64,000 nucleotides of DNA, taken from Patescibacteria group bacterium (GTDB taxonomy: Bacteria > Patescibacteriota > CPR2 > UBA1875 > CAIMLA01). Position 1 is the first letter of the stretch; each line of letters opens with the position of its first letter. Below, piece after piece: positions 1 to 12,165 of the stretch. A program made the translations under genes and the position numbers. The stretch is from assembly GCA_041738615.1 (NCBI GenBank), contig JBGSPL010000001.1, positions 10,706 through 74,705 of the forward strand, given 5' to 3'. Under the pieces are notes generated by a model. That model had not been told where the DNA came from and searched no databases. It worked only from the letters and a program-made list of their open reading frames with translations.

Positions 1-2
1 GC

Positions 3-1511
3 GGCATTTACACCGTAGGCGTAGTCGGCACGGTGAATAAAATCAATCCACTGTTTATTCAGAACGACTCTGAAAGAGCGGCGAGCGCCTTGATCTTCTC
101 CGGTCTTACAAGGGTAGAAAATGGTAATCAGGTAATTCCAGATGTCGCTAAGTCCTGGGAGGTGAAGGACGATGGGAAAACTTATCTTTTTAAACTCAAG
201 GATAATGTAAGGTGGCATGACGGGACTAAACTTACAGTAGAAGATATTATTTACACCGTAGAGTTGTTGCAGAATCCAGATACAAAGACCGGACTCGAAA
301 GTGTTTGGAAGGGCGTGAAGGCAGATAGGGTTGCAGAAAATGAGGTGAAATTTACCCTTCCGGCATCCTATCCAGGTTTCCTTTCGGTGGCAAGCCAAGC
401 TATACTTCCAAAACACCTACTCGGGGCGATTGATCCGAAAAATATAAAGATTGCGGAGTTCAACAATAACCCTGTTGGTACCGGGCCTTACGAGTTTGTC
501 CGTTTTGACCAGCTAGGGAGTCAGCAGGAAGTGATACTCAGAAAGAACGAACATTTTGCTATAGCAAAACCGTACCTCGATCAAGTAAAGATAGTGATGT
601 ACGAGAATGAGACCAAAGCCTACCAGGGCTTATCGCGTAAACAGATAGATGGTGTTTTTACCATTTCGGCAAATGACTTCAAAAACCTCGCTCAGATTAG
701 TGGGTCGAGTGTAGTGGAAAAGAAGCTCCTACCAGAGTATCAAATGGTTTACTTTAACCTGAAAAATACGATTTTGTCAGATAAGGATCTGCGCCTCGCT
801 TTAACGGGAGCCGTTGATAGGCAAGAAATTATCGACAAAGTTTTGCTCGGAAACGGGGAGAAGCAGGTAGGGATGTTGCTTCCTGGTCAGCCTGGATATA
901 ACCCTAAGATCAAGGGCACCGAATATAATCCGGAAGCCAGCAAGGCGGCCCTGGACAAGCTGGGATGGGTAGCGGGGGCAGACGGCATCAGGACAAAGGA
1001 AGGAAAGAAACTGAGCCTTAGGTTAGTTTATTCGGACATGTATGAAGAGCGAGAAGACGCAAAACTTCTTAAGTCGGAGCTTATGAAGGTGGGAGTGAGT
1101 TTGCAGCTCGAGGCTGTCAGTGAAGAGAAGATCGGCTCAAATTATATAAAACCACGCAACTTTGATCTGCTTCTAGTAACACAAAACGTAGGCTACACCA
1201 ATGATTGGTATAGTCTATGGGACTCGAGTCAGATTGCCACCCCAGGAATAAATATTAGCGGTTTTAGTGACAAGTCACTCGATAGGTTTGTGCAGCAAGT
1301 CCGTAAAAGCACAGATAAGAAGTATATTGCCGATAGGCTAAAGCAAGCTGAGCAGATCGTTATCGATCAGGCACCAGTGTTCTACATCTATCGACCAACG
1401 CACCTGTCTGCCCAGTCCCCACAGCTAAAGGGCTATGCCCAAACCAAGCTTGCGCTACCAACAGACGCACTGAGCAATGTTTATCGGTGGTATCTGAACG
1501 TAAAAAGCTAA
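3..1511 (+). CDS. Peptide/nickel ABC transporter substrate-binding protein (family 5), 5' end outside window
   Basis: Frame open from window start; SBP_5 motifs (LIFSGL, PDVAKSWEV, WHDG..LT.EDI, PVGTGPY). Confidence 0.9.
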   Translation, partial: GIYTVGVVGTVNKINPLFIQNDSERAASALIFSGLTRVENGNQVIPDVAKSWEVKDDGKTYLFKLKDNVRWHDGTKLTVEDIIYTVELLQNPDTKTGLESVWKGVKADRVAENEVKFTLPASYPGFLSVASQAILPKHLLGAIDPKNIKIAEFNNNPVGTGPYEFVRFDQLGSQQEVILRKNEHFAIAKPYLDQVKIVMYENETKAYQGLSRKQIDGVFTISANDFKNLAQISGSSVVEKKLLPEYQMVYFNLKNTILSDKDLRLALTGAVDRQEIIDKVLLGNGEKQVGMLLPGQPGYNPKIKGTEYNPEASKAALDKLGWVAGADGIRTKEGKKLSLRLVYSDMYEEREDAKLLKSELMKVGVSLQLEAVSEEKIGSNYIKPRNFDLLLVTQNVGYTNDWYSLWDSSQIATPGINISGFSDKSLDRFVQQVRKSTDKKYIADRLKQAEQIVIDQAPVFYIYRPTHLSAQSPQLKGYAQTKLALPTDALSNVYRWYLNVKS

Positions 1512-1531
1512 AAGTCGCGTTTGATAAACAA

Positions 1532-1560
1532 TTGACTATTGGGCGCCATTCGAGTATAAT
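1532..1560 (+). promoter_or_regulatory. sigma70 promoter for tRNA cluster
   Basis: TTGACT-17 bp-TATAAT, 22 bp upstream of first tRNA. Confidence 0.8.
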
Positions 1561-1582
1561 TTTCCATGCGAATCAGGGGTCT

Positions 1583-1669
1583 GCGGACGTGGCGGAATTG
1601 GTATACGCGCTAGCATGAGGGGCTAGTGGCCGCAAGGCCTTGGAGGTTCAAGTCCTCTCGTCCGCACCA
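1583..1669 (+). tRNA. tRNA-Leu(GAG)
   Basis: Cloverleaf, anticodon arm CTAGC-ATGAGGG-GCTAG, long variable arm, GGTTCAAGTCC, CCA end. Confidence 0.92.
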
Positions 1670-1682
1670 AATTTTACTTTGT

Positions 1683-1759
1683 GGGTGATTAGCTCAGCTG
1701 GTTAGAGCATCTCGTTTACACCGAGAGGGTCGGGGGTTCGAATCCCTCATCACCCACCA
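1683..1759 (+). tRNA. tRNA-Val(TAC)
   Basis: Anticodon arm TCTCG-TTTACAC-CGAGA, T-loop GGTTCGAATCC, CCA. Confidence 0.95.
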
Positions 1760-1773
1760 TATTATTACCACGC

Positions 1774-1849
<76 letters not shown>

Positions 1850-1897
1850 AAAACATTTACAATCTGGTTAATCCCACTCGTAGGGAATGCATTACGA

Positions 1898-1972
1898 GCG
1901 AGAGTAGCTTAGCGGTAGAGCGCAACCTTGCCAAGGTTGAGGTCGCGGGTTCGATCCCCGTCTCTCGCTCCA
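1898..1972 (+). tRNA. tRNA-Gly(GCC)
   Basis: CAACC-TTGCCAA-GGTTG anticodon arm, T-loop, TCCA end. Confidence 0.95.
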
Positions 1973-1985
1973 TTATTGTTTATAC

Positions 1986-2059
1986 GGCCTGATGGCGGAG
2001 TGGTTACGCAGCGGTCTGCAAAACCGCGTACCCCGGTTCAATTCCGGGTCAGGCCTCCA
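1986..2059 (+). tRNA. tRNA-Cys(GCA)
   Basis: GCGGT-CTGCAAA-ACCGC anticodon arm, U73 discriminator, CCA. Confidence 0.95.
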
Positions 2060-2085
2060 ATTTAGAACAATAATTATCACTATTC

Positions 2086-2171
2086 GCCCGGGTGGTGGAA
2101 TGGTATACACGAAGGACTTAAAATCCTTTGATCTCACGATCTTGCGGGTTCGAGTCCCGCCCCGGGCACCA
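2086..2171 (+). tRNA. tRNA-Leu(TAA)
   Basis: AAGGA-CTTAAAA-TCCTT anticodon arm, long variable arm, CCA. Confidence 0.95.
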
Positions 2172-2201
2172 GAAAAGGCACTTTCAAGGTGTCTTTTCTT
2201 T
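2171..2201 (+). terminator. Intrinsic terminator after tRNA cluster
   Basis: AGAAAAGGCAC-tttcaag-GTGTCTTTTCT hairpin with T-tract. Confidence 0.75.
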
Positions 2202-2258
2202 ATTGATATTGGTTAATCTTGTACTACAAAAGTAAATCTTTCGGTGTATAATGTTCTC

Positions 2259-2708
2259 ATGAGTGAAAAAAGTGAAAGTCAGCTATCTGACGAATTCAAA
2301 AAAGACATTAACGAAAAACGAAAAAGTAATAATTTTCTAGGTACAGTGATAGCCTTTCTGGCAATCGCCCTGGTTTTTGGCACAGTGGGTGTCGCCGGAT
2401 ATCAGATGCTGGTTCGACCAGAATCGATAGAGAGCAAGAGTGCATCCGAGAAAATAGAGTCTAGACCAGCAGAGAAAAAAGAAGTTAAGACAGAGACACC
2501 ATCCACACCTGCGGCCACAACGCCTGCCCCGACTACACCCGCACCCGCTGCTACTACTTCGGAAACCACCTATACTGTAAAATCTGGAGACACCTGGAGC
2601 ACGATCGCAAACGCCAACGGTATCTCTTCTGCTAAACTGATGGAGTATAATGGTACTACCAGCGAAGATCTGCAGATAGGTCAAACTGTAAAATTACCAA
2701 AGAGTTAA
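2259..2708 (+). CDS. Membrane-anchored LysM peptidoglycan-binding protein
   Basis: One TM helix, T/P/A linker, C-terminal LysM (YTVKSGDTWSTIA...LQIGQTVKLP); ATG at 2259 lies 6 nt after TATAAT. Confidence 0.88.
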   Translation: MSEKSESQLSDEFKKDINEKRKSNNFLGTVIAFLAIALVFGTVGVAGYQMLVRPESIESKSASEKIESRPAEKKEVKTETPSTPAATTPAPTTPAPAATTSETTYTVKSGDTWSTIANANGISSAKLMEYNGTTSEDLQIGQTVKLPKS

Positions 2709-2756
2709 GCAATAAATAAGCCTCTGCCGCAGTAGGACAGAGTATAGGAGAAGAAT

Positions 2757-3302
2757 ATGATTACTTGGGTCGTACTTGGAATCGTCGTTTTGGTAGCTGT
2801 AGTGGCTGTCGGGACTTACAATGGACTTATTACTCTTAAAAATCGTGTGCAGGAAGCGGCAAGCGACATAGACGTACAGTTGAAGCGTCGTTACGAGCTT
2901 ATTCCAAATTTAGTTAGCACAGTCAAGGGTTATGCAACTCACGAAAAAGAATTGCTTACCAAGGTTACTGCGGAACGCGCGGGTCTAATGAAGGGTTCAG
3001 CTAGTGATAAGATAGCGGCTAGCAATCAGATGACGGAAACTTTGAAATCTCTATTTGCGGTAGCAGAGAATTACCCAGACTTAAAAGCAAATACTAACTT
3101 TCTGCAGCTACAAGCCGATCTTACTGATACTCAGGACAAAATCATGGCCGCACAGCGTTTCTATAACGGTAATGTCCGTGATTTCAACACCAAGCTCCAG
3201 GTTTTCCCAACGAATCTTTATGGCCAGAGCCTAGGCTTTAAACCATACGAATTTATAGAGGCAGCTGAAGGCGAAAAGGCAAACGTCGAAGTAAACTTTT
3301 AG
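2757..3302 (+). CDS. lemA: LemA family protein
   Basis: N-terminal TM, IDVQLKRRYELIPNLV, AENYPDLKAN motifs. Confidence 0.95.
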   Translation: MITWVVLGIVVLVAVVAVGTYNGLITLKNRVQEAASDIDVQLKRRYELIPNLVSTVKGYATHEKELLTKVTAERAGLMKGSASDKIAASNQMTETLKSLFAVAENYPDLKANTNFLQLQADLTDTQDKIMAAQRFYNGNVRDFNTKLQVFPTNLYGQSLGFKPYEFIEAAEGEKANVEVNF

Positions 3303-3311
3303 TAGGGACAA

Positions 3312-4205
3312 GTGGCGACAACTTACACAAATATTACCGACAATAAGGTAAAAACGATTTTTTGGATTACCTTTTTTGTGGCTTTCATTATTGCTTTTGG
3401 TTACATCCTCTCAAAAGCCCTAGATATCGTCTGGCTTTTTCCTCTGGCGATAGGAATTGCCAGTTTTCAGGCAATATCCTCTTACTGGTGGAGCGACAAG
3501 ATAGCACTCGCAGTGAGTGGGGCCCAAGAAGTCGACAAGGCGGCTGATCCAGTCCTTTATCGTACGGTTGAAAATCTCTCCATAGCGGCGGGGTTACCAA
3601 TGCCGAGAGTCTACATTATAGAAGACGCGGCACCGAATGCCTTCGCCACAGGGAGAAACCCCGCGCATGCTGCCATCGCGGTAACTAGGGGATTACTAGA
3701 GAAGCTGACGAAGCCCGAGCTAGAGGCAGTGTTGGCGCATGAATTTTCACATATCGGGAATGATGACATCTTATTGTCTACAGCAATTGTGGTACTTGTA
3801 GGGGTTGTCGTAATGGTCTCGGACTGGTTTTTGCGAATTAGTTTCTGGGGAGGAGATGACGATAACAGGAATCCCTACATGATGCTTGTCGGGGTTTTGC
3901 TTGCATTACTGTCACCTCTATTCGCAACTTTGGTTCAGCTCGCTATCTCGCGAAAAAGAGAATTCCTCGCAGACGCAAGCGGGGCGTTACTTACCAGAAA
4001 CCCGGGTGCACTTGCCGACGCATTGGGGAAGATATCGGCAGATCAGGTGCCACTAAAACGCGCCGGTAAAGCTACTGCTCATCTCTATATTTCAAATCCC
4101 ATGAAGGAACATAAGGGGTCCACAAGAGGCTTGTTTGCTGGACTCTTTAGTACGCATCCCGACACAGAGGAGAGAGTACAGCGCTTACGCGAAATGGCAA
4201 TGTAA
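3312..4205 (+). CDS. htpX: HtpX family M48 zinc metalloprotease
   Basis: PNAFATG, HEFSH, SRKREFLADA, STHP motifs; follows lemA. Confidence 0.95.
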   Translation: MATTYTNITDNKVKTIFWITFFVAFIIAFGYILSKALDIVWLFPLAIGIASFQAISSYWWSDKIALAVSGAQEVDKAADPVLYRTVENLSIAAGLPMPRVYIIEDAAPNAFATGRNPAHAAIAVTRGLLEKLTKPELEAVLAHEFSHIGNDDILLSTAIVVLVGVVVMVSDWFLRISFWGGDDDNRNPYMMLVGVLLALLSPLFATLVQLAISRKREFLADASGALLTRNPGALADALGKISADQVPLKRAGKATAHLYISNPMKEHKGSTRGLFAGLFSTHPDTEERVQRLREMAM

Positions 4206-4224
4206 ATAACAAAAAGGAGGATAT

Positions 4225-4839
4225 ATGGACGAGAACGAGCAAAAACCAGAAAAGGTACATTTTAGCCTGAAGCGGTTGGCTATGACCACACTCATTGTGG
4301 TTGTTACCGCTGGCGTGGTGTTTGGTATTACTTGGTTTATCCTGGACAAAATGACCAATGAAAACGAGGAAGCCAGTGATAAGCTTCGAATCGAGTTGCA
4401 AAAGCAAATCGATGAGCTCAGAGTGAAACTCAAGAAGGATGTGTCTTCGGCGGCCGCTACTGACCCGCTCGTATATGTTAATGACAAGTATAGTTTCCAG
4501 GTGACCTTCCCTACAGATTGGACAGGGTATAAACTACTGGAGAAGAATATTGAGGGATCTATGCAAACTTGGTATGTGGAGCTTCCCACAAAAGATTCAG
4601 CATGGGCAAAGGCGTCTTCCACAAATGATGCAGGACATGTAAGTCTGTTTGCTATTAGTGCATATACCGAACAGCAATGGAGCGACGTAAATTCCAATGA
4701 GAATAATACGAACACATTTATCAAGAAGATTGGTAGTTACACCTTTGCTTACTCTCACGCGCAGGCAGCGGCTTCAGACATAACTCAGTCCCAATCCGGC
4801 GAGGTCAAATCGATCATCTCTACATTTAAGGAAATCTAG
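4225..4839 (+). CDS. Hypothetical single-pass membrane/exported protein
   Basis: AGGAGG RBS, TM helix, short coiled coil, extracellular domain (Y.N.KYSFQVTFP.DW, PsbP-like pattern). Confidence 0.75.
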   Translation: MDENEQKPEKVHFSLKRLAMTTLIVVVTAGVVFGITWFILDKMTNENEEASDKLRIELQKQIDELRVKLKKDVSSAAATDPLVYVNDKYSFQVTFPTDWTGYKLLEKNIEGSMQTWYVELPTKDSAWAKASSTNDAGHVSLFAISAYTEQQWSDVNSNENNTNTFIKKIGSYTFAYSHAQAAASDITQSQSGEVKSIISTFKEI

Positions 4840-4840
4840 T

Positions 4841-4866
4841 AAAAGGCCCCAGAAGGGGCCTTTTTT
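4841..4866 (+). terminator. Intrinsic terminator
   Basis: AAAAGGCCCC-agaa-GGGGCCTTTTTT. Confidence 0.85.
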
Positions 4867-4868
4867 GA

Positions 4869-6878
<2,010 letters not shown>

Positions 6879-6879
6879 T

Positions 6880-7152
6880 CTAATGCAAATTTCTAACTAG
6901 GTGACAATTCTTTTTCAGTTCGTCTTGTATGCCGTCATAGGTCTTTTGAGTCACTTCAAGGACTGGCCTTCCGGCGTACGGACCACTTGTTTCTGGTATT
7001 GGGTTTAAATTTCCAATCTCTCCATCGGGAATGATTCTGATTAGAGTAACTGATGATTCTTCCAGATATCTTTCTGCTGTCTCGTTCCCGTGTGCTCCTC
7101 GAATCACATCTGCAAAATCATGGCGGTCTCCCGCAGAATTTTCTGGTCCCAT
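6880..7152 (-). CDS. Hypothetical protein (90 aa)
   Basis: Fills ligA-gatC gap, AAGGA RBS and TATAAC upstream on minus strand; no recognisable family. Confidence 0.6.
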   Translation of the reverse strand: MGPENSAGDRHDFADVIRGAHGNETAERYLEESSVTLIRIIPDGEIGNLNPIPETSGPYAGRPVLEVTQKTYDGIQDELKKNCHLVRNLH

Positions 7153-7208
7153 ATTCTTCCTTAAATTACGCTTAAATGTTATACTGATTTGGTAATTTAG
7201 GCAAACAG

Positions 7209-7499
7209 ATGAGCAAAATCACAGTAGAAGAAGTAGAAGCGCTTGCAAAACTTGCTCGAGTAGGACTTACGGACGAGGAAAAACGCTCTCTGGCGGCACA
7301 AATGTCAGAGATTCTTGATTATGCAAGAGCGCTCGATGAAGTCGACGTTCAGGATATAGCTCCTACGAGTCAGGTCACAGGACTTACTAATGTTTATCGT
7401 CAGGACATAATAGTCAGATCAGAGCTTTCTCGAGAAGAACTTCTTGCCAACGCCCCAGAATCCGAGGGTGGCTCCATCAAAGTAAAGGCGGTTCTGTAA
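7209..7499 (+). CDS. gatC: Asp/Glu-tRNA amidotransferase subunit C
   Basis: LAKLAR..L, L.NV.R.D, LANAP motifs; precedes gatA. Confidence 0.95.
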   Translation: MSKITVEEVEALAKLARVGLTDEEKRSLAAQMSEILDYARALDEVDVQDIAPTSQVTGLTNVYRQDIIVRSELSREELLANAPESEGGSIKVKAVL

Positions 7500-8956
7500 T
7501 GAAGAATCTGCACGACATCCATAGTGAATTTGTAAAAGATAGTAAGTCCGTAGTTGCTCATACACAGGAATATTTGTTGCGCATGGACGAAGTAGAAGAT
7601 ACGTTGAATGCACTCGTTAGTGTAGTTGGTAAAGGGGCCCTGTCTTCTGCTCAAGAATCGGCCGAGAGATATAGTAACGGAAAGTCACTTTCTTTAGCAG
7701 ACGGTTCCGTAGCGACCATCAAGGATGTTTTCTGTACCAAGGGTGTCCGAACAACAGCGTCTTCCAAGATGCTCGAGGATTTTGTTCCACCTTATGATGC
7801 AACCGTGGTCTCCAAGCTGAAAGCCGCTGGCGTCGTCATAGCAGGTAAAAACAACTGCGACGCCTGGGCTCACGGTGCGAGTACCGAGAATTCTGATTTT
7901 GGTGTTACGGCAAATCCATATGATTTATCCAGAGTTTCGGGCGGATCATCTGGTGGCTCTGCCGCCGCGGTGGCCGCAGGGGAGTGCGATTTTTCCATTG
8001 GCTCTGACACGGGTGGCTCCATTCGGCAGCCGGCTAGTTTCTGCGGTGTTGTAGGACTCAAGCCCACCTATGGACGAGTATCCAGGTACGGCCTTATTGC
8101 CATGTCATCCTCGCTCGATTGTGTAGGCCCCATCGCCCGGTCTACTGCTGACATCGCGGCAATAATGGAGATTATTTCAGGACCAGATGAGAGAGATTCG
8201 ACCACGGTAGAGGTCGCAGTCCCAAACTACACGGAAGAGCTCGATAAACCCCTCAAGGGCAAGAAAATTGGCTGGGCAAAAGAGTTCTTTGAACTTGGAC
8301 TAAACGAGGAAATCAAGGCAGCAATTACCGCGGCTAGAGATGAATTTGTAAAGTTGGGGGCCAAGTTCGTTGAAATTAGCTTACCGAATCTCAAGTACGG
8401 CGTCCCTGTTTACTACCTTATCCAGCCGGCAGAGGTGAGCTCCAATCTGGGTCGTTTCGACGGGGTAAAGTATGGTTATAGCGCTACCGAAAGCGACAAT
8501 CTGATTGATAACTACTTCCGCTCGAGAAGCGAGGGCTTTGGTGCCGAGGCAAAGAGACGTATCATGCTTGGAACATTTGTACTCTCAGCCGGATATTATG
8601 ACGCGTATTATCTAAAAGCAATGAAGGTCCGCACCCTTATCAAGCAGGACTTCGAGGAGGCACTAAGCAAGGTAGACGTGATTCTGTCACCGGTTTCACC
8701 TGGCACCGCCTTTAAGATTGGTGAGAAGACCGAGGACCCTCTGGAGATGTATCTGGCGGATGTTTATACAGCCGCTGTGAATCTTGCAGGGAATCCAGCG
8801 ATTGCGCTACCTTGCGGTTTTGATAGCAACAAGTTGCCTATAGGGATGCAGCTCATCGGTCGCTATTTTGAGGAAGGTACGATAATGAATTTCTCGCACC
8901 AATATGAACAAACAACAAAGGGAGCCGGCTGGCGAAAGAATAAGGTGGTTATCTAA
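7499..8956 (+). CDS. gatA: Asp/Glu-tRNA amidotransferase subunit A
   Basis: Amidase signature [24 protein letters not shown]. Confidence 0.98.
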   Translation: MKNLHDIHSEFVKDSKSVVAHTQEYLLRMDEVEDTLNALVSVVGKGALSSAQESAERYSNGKSLSLADGSVATIKDVFCTKGVRTTASSKMLEDFVPPYDATVVSKLKAAGVVIAGKNNCDAWAHGASTENSDFGVTANPYDLSRVSGGSSGGSAAAVAAGECDFSIGSDTGGSIRQPASFCGVVGLKPTYGRVSRYGLIAMSSSLDCVGPIARSTADIAAIMEIISGPDERDSTTVEVAVPNYTEELDKPLKGKKIGWAKEFFELGLNEEIKAAITAARDEFVKLGAKFVEISLPNLKYGVPVYYLIQPAEVSSNLGRFDGVKYGYSATESDNLIDNYFRSRSEGFGAEAKRRIMLGTFVLSAGYYDAYYLKAMKVRTLIKQDFEEALSKVDVILSPVSPGTAFKIGEKTEDPLEMYLADVYTAAVNLAGNPAIALPCGFDSNKLPIGMQLIGRYFEEGTIMNFSHQYEQTTKGAGWRKNKVVI

Positions 8957-9702
8957 TGGGTAAAAACCAGAGGTTAAAAGAACAGCGTAAAGTAGAGGGA
9001 TTGCAAAAGGAGTTAAAGAAAGAAGCTAGATGGAAGCTTACGCGTTCGATCGTAAGTGGCATCTCGGTAGGAATAATCCTTGGCTCTGCAGCATTCCTTG
9101 GAGTGAAAACCATGAATATAAAATTATTTCCTGCAAAGAAAACCGAAACGACCGCGAAAAGCTATAAGACCGGTGACCACAAATATTCCAAGGCGCCAGA
9201 TATGCAGATTGACACGGATAAAAGCTATCTTGCGAAATTCGAGACTGGACAGGGCACCTTTGAGGTGACCCTAGCCGCGAAGGATGCCCCAAAGACGGTA
9301 AACAACTTCGTGACGCTGGCTCGCGATAAATATTATGACGGTCTAACATTCCATAGAATTGTGAAGGACTTCATGATCCAGGGCGGCGACCCTGACGGCA
9401 CAGGTTCCGGAGGGCCAGGGTACAAGTTTGATGATGAAAAAGTAGTCGGTGACTATGCTCAAGGAACTATTGCGATGGCCAACAGCGGTAAGAACACCAA
9501 TGGTTCACAATTCTTTATCATGACAGGGGATTACTCTGGAGGAAAACTGCCAAAGGATTATGTGATTTTTGGCAAGGTAACTTCGGGCATGGACGTGGTG
9601 TCTAAGCTCAACCAGACTGCGACCGAGGACAACGGTTCTGGCGAAAGCTCTAAGCCCCTAGAGAAAGTTATGATAAGTAAGGTAACCATAGAGACAAAAT
9701 GA
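8956..9702 (+). CDS. Membrane-anchored cyclophilin-type peptidyl-prolyl isomerase
   Basis: [30 protein letters not shown]; N-terminal TM. Confidence 0.93.
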   Translation: MGKNQRLKEQRKVEGLQKELKKEARWKLTRSIVSGISVGIILGSAAFLGVKTMNIKLFPAKKTETTAKSYKTGDHKYSKAPDMQIDTDKSYLAKFETGQGTFEVTLAAKDAPKTVNNFVTLARDKYYDGLTFHRIVKDFMIQGGDPDGTGSGGPGYKFDDEKVVGDYAQGTIAMANSGKNTNGSQFFIMTGDYSGGKLPKDYVIFGKVTSGMDVVSKLNQTATEDNGSGESSKPLEKVMISKVTIETK

Positions 9703-10154
9703 GCGCACTTGTAGTAATTTTAGCCCTTGCAGTGCTCGTAGCCCTAATTGTTGCGATCCCGATACTTGGCGGCAGTTTTGGCAAAAAGGGTAAAGTAGTA
9801 AAGCACGGTAGCGGCGTATCTTTGGATAAAAAATTTGTTCAAAGTAAATGGGCAGAAATTGAAACCACTTTTTCTCTTGGTGGCGCGTCTCATTTAAAAA
9901 GCGCCATTATGGAAGCGGACAAGCTCGTGGATCACGTACTGAAATCCAAGGGTTTACCAGGGCAAAGCATGGGGGAGAGGCTCAAGGGGGCCAAGAAGTA
10001 TTTCGCCCATTACGCTGACTATGATAATTTATGGTTCGCCCATAAAGTCCGGAATAATATCGCCCATGAAGCTGGGCATGACCTCAATGGCGGAGAAGCA
10101 AAGAGGGCAATGGACTATTTCAAAAAAGCATTGAAGCACCTAGGAGCACTGTAA
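9699..10154 (+). CDS. Membrane-anchored HEPN-like protein with R-x4-H motif
   Basis: N-terminal TM; helical domain with AIMEADK and RNNIAH (10050-10067). HEPN assignment from motif only. Confidence 0.7.
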   Translation: MSALVVILALAVLVALIVAIPILGGSFGKKGKVVKHGSGVSLDKKFVQSKWAEIETTFSLGGASHLKSAIMEADKLVDHVLKSKGLPGQSMGERLKGAKKYFAHYADYDNLWFAHKVRNNIAHEAGHDLNGGEAKRAMDYFKKALKHLGAL

Positions 10155-11629
10155 TGAATAAATACGAAGTTGTAATCGGATTAGAGGTTCATGTTCAACT
10201 AAAGACTGTGAGCAAGATGTTTTGTGGCTGCGACAACAAGTCAGTTAATGCCGAACCAAATATGAACGTTTGCCCAGTCTGCCTAGGGATGCCTGGGATG
10301 TTACCAGTAGCAAACAAGAAAGCTATAGAATGGACGTATCTCTTGGGTATGGCTCTCGGAGGCGAGATCTCGGATTACTGGAACTTCGAACGCAAAAATT
10401 ATTTTTACCCAGACCTCCCAAAAGCGTATCAGATTACCTCAGCTACAAATCCTCCTGTCATAGGTGGTGGTCTCACGGTTGTTGCCGACGGTACGGAGAG
10501 ACAAGTACGAATCCATCACATTCACCTAGAGGAGGATGCGGGTAAACTGGTACATCCTAGTGGTAAGCAGTACAGCTTGGTTGATCTAAACAGGGCCGGT
10601 ACCCCACTGATGGAAATTGTTACAGAGCCTGATCTACGTAGTGCTAGTGAGGCACGGATATTTATGCAGGACTTACAGTCGATTTTGCGTTACCTCGGCA
10701 TCTCAGATGCAAATCTAGAACAGGGAAATATGCGCTGCGATGCCAACATTAGCCTACGACCCGTAGGCCAAAAAGAATATGGCACTAGAGCTGAAATCAA
10801 GAATATCAATTCCTTCAAGATGGTGGAGAGGGCAATCAATTACGAAGTAGAACGTCAGACAGAGATTCTAGATGCTGGAGAAAAAGTGAAGCAGGAAACT
10901 CGAGGCTGGGATGACAACAAGGGGAAGACCCTCCCTCAACGTAGCAAGGAAGAGGCAAACGATTACCGATACTTTCCAGAACCCGACTTGCCTCCAGTCA
11001 AACAGGGCGGGGGGAGTATAATTGACATAGAAGCTATTGGGTCCATGCTGCCCGAGCTGCCCAAGGAAAAGGCTAGTAGGTTCCTTTCTGATTACGGTTT
11101 GTCTACTATCGACGCCGAGACCATAACCAGCGACCTTGAAACAGCGCGTTACTTTGAACAAGTATTAGAGGAAATGCCGGAAATCGCAGGCAATTCGGAA
11201 CTCGCCAAAACAAAGGCGAAAAAGGTTTCCAATTGGCTTCTTTCGGAGCTCATTGCAAAGCTAAACGAAGCCTCTACCGGTATAAGTGACACTAAGATTA
11301 ACCACAAGGATTTTGCAGCGCTCATTACACTGATTGACTCAGGGGATATTAGCGGTAAGATAGCCAAAGAAGTCTTTGCGGAAATGTTTGAGAGCGGCCA
11401 GAGTCCTGAGGCTATTGTGAAGGAGAAGGGACTGGTTCAAATCAGTGACACGGGTGCAATCGCAAAGATTGTCGAAGAGGTTGTGGCCGTTAATGAAAAA
11501 TCAGTCTCTGATTTTCGCGAAGGGAAACAACAGGCGTTCGGTTACCTAATAGGTCAGGTTATGGCAAAAACACGGGGCCAGGCAAACCCTAAGCTTGTAA
11601 ACGAAATATTACGTGAGAAACTAAAATAG
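10154..11629 (+). CDS. gatB: Asp/Glu-tRNA amidotransferase subunit B
   Basis: IGLEVHVQL, RKNYFYPDLPK, EEDAGK, YRYFPEPDL, C-terminal Yqey. Confidence 0.98.
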   Translation: MNKYEVVIGLEVHVQLKTVSKMFCGCDNKSVNAEPNMNVCPVCLGMPGMLPVANKKAIEWTYLLGMALGGEISDYWNFERKNYFYPDLPKAYQITSATNPPVIGGGLTVVADGTERQVRIHHIHLEEDAGKLVHPSGKQYSLVDLNRAGTPLMEIVTEPDLRSASEARIFMQDLQSILRYLGISDANLEQGNMRCDANISLRPVGQKEYGTRAEIKNINSFKMVERAINYEVERQTEILDAGEKVKQETRGWDDNKGKTLPQRSKEEANDYRYFPEPDLPPVKQGGGSIIDIEAIGSMLPELPKEKASRFLSDYGLSTIDAETITSDLETARYFEQVLEEMPEIAGNSELAKTKAKKVSNWLLSELIAKLNEASTGISDTKINHKDFAALITLIDSGDISGKIAKEVFAEMFESGQSPEAIVKEKGLVQISDTGAIAKIVEEVVAVNEKSVSDFREGKQQAFGYLIGQVMAKTRGQANPKLVNEILREKLK

Positions 11630-11637
11630 GAGTCTAT

Positions 11638-12165
11638 ATGGATATTATTGCAGAGTACATTGCCGCCTTGGTAAAATTTTCAAAGATACTCCCATGGGCG
11701 ATTATTGGCCTAGTCCTCGGCTGGATTATAATCAGAATAATCATTCATTTTTTGAAACGTGCACTCAAAATTACTCGAGTTCACGCCGATCTAAGAGGTG
11801 TTATCATTACGGTCGCAAGGTTCGTGCTATGGATAGTACTTGTTATAACGATAGCGCAGGGACTTGGATTTGGAGGGCTCGCAGTCGCTTTGTCTGGTTC
11901 GGCGGCAGTTGTTGCCTTCTTTCTTTCCGCTAGTGTGGGGCCATTGCTCTCCAATCTATTCGCAGGGTTGTTTCTCGTGAGTGACCCAGATATCAAAGTA
12001 GGGATGAGAGTTACCACCAACGATGGCAAAACCACGGGCACCATCCGAGGTATAGATATGCGGAAAGTTCGAATTGAAGACGACAAAGGACTTCTGCACG
12101 TAGTCCCAAACTCATTAGTTGAAGGTACTGAGTGGATTATCTTGGATAGAAAAGACCAGAAATAG
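11638..12165 (+). CDS. Small MscS-family mechanosensitive channel
   Basis: Three TM helices, LSNLFAGLFL, G.I..I.MR...I....G....VPNS beta domain; lacks C-terminal domain. Confidence 0.8.
   Translation: MDIIAEYIAALVKFSKILPWAIIGLVLGWIIIRIIIHFLKRALKITRVHADLRGVIITVARFVLWIVLVITIAQGLGFGGLAVALSGSAAVVAFFLSASVGPLLSNLFAGLFLVSDPDIKVGMRVTTNDGKTTGTIRGIDMRKVRIEDDKGLLHVVPNSLVEGTEWIILDRKDQK

Noticed and set aside
1992-2216. 74-aa ORF in the track
   Set aside because: Overlaps tRNA-Cys and tRNA-Leu; spurious.
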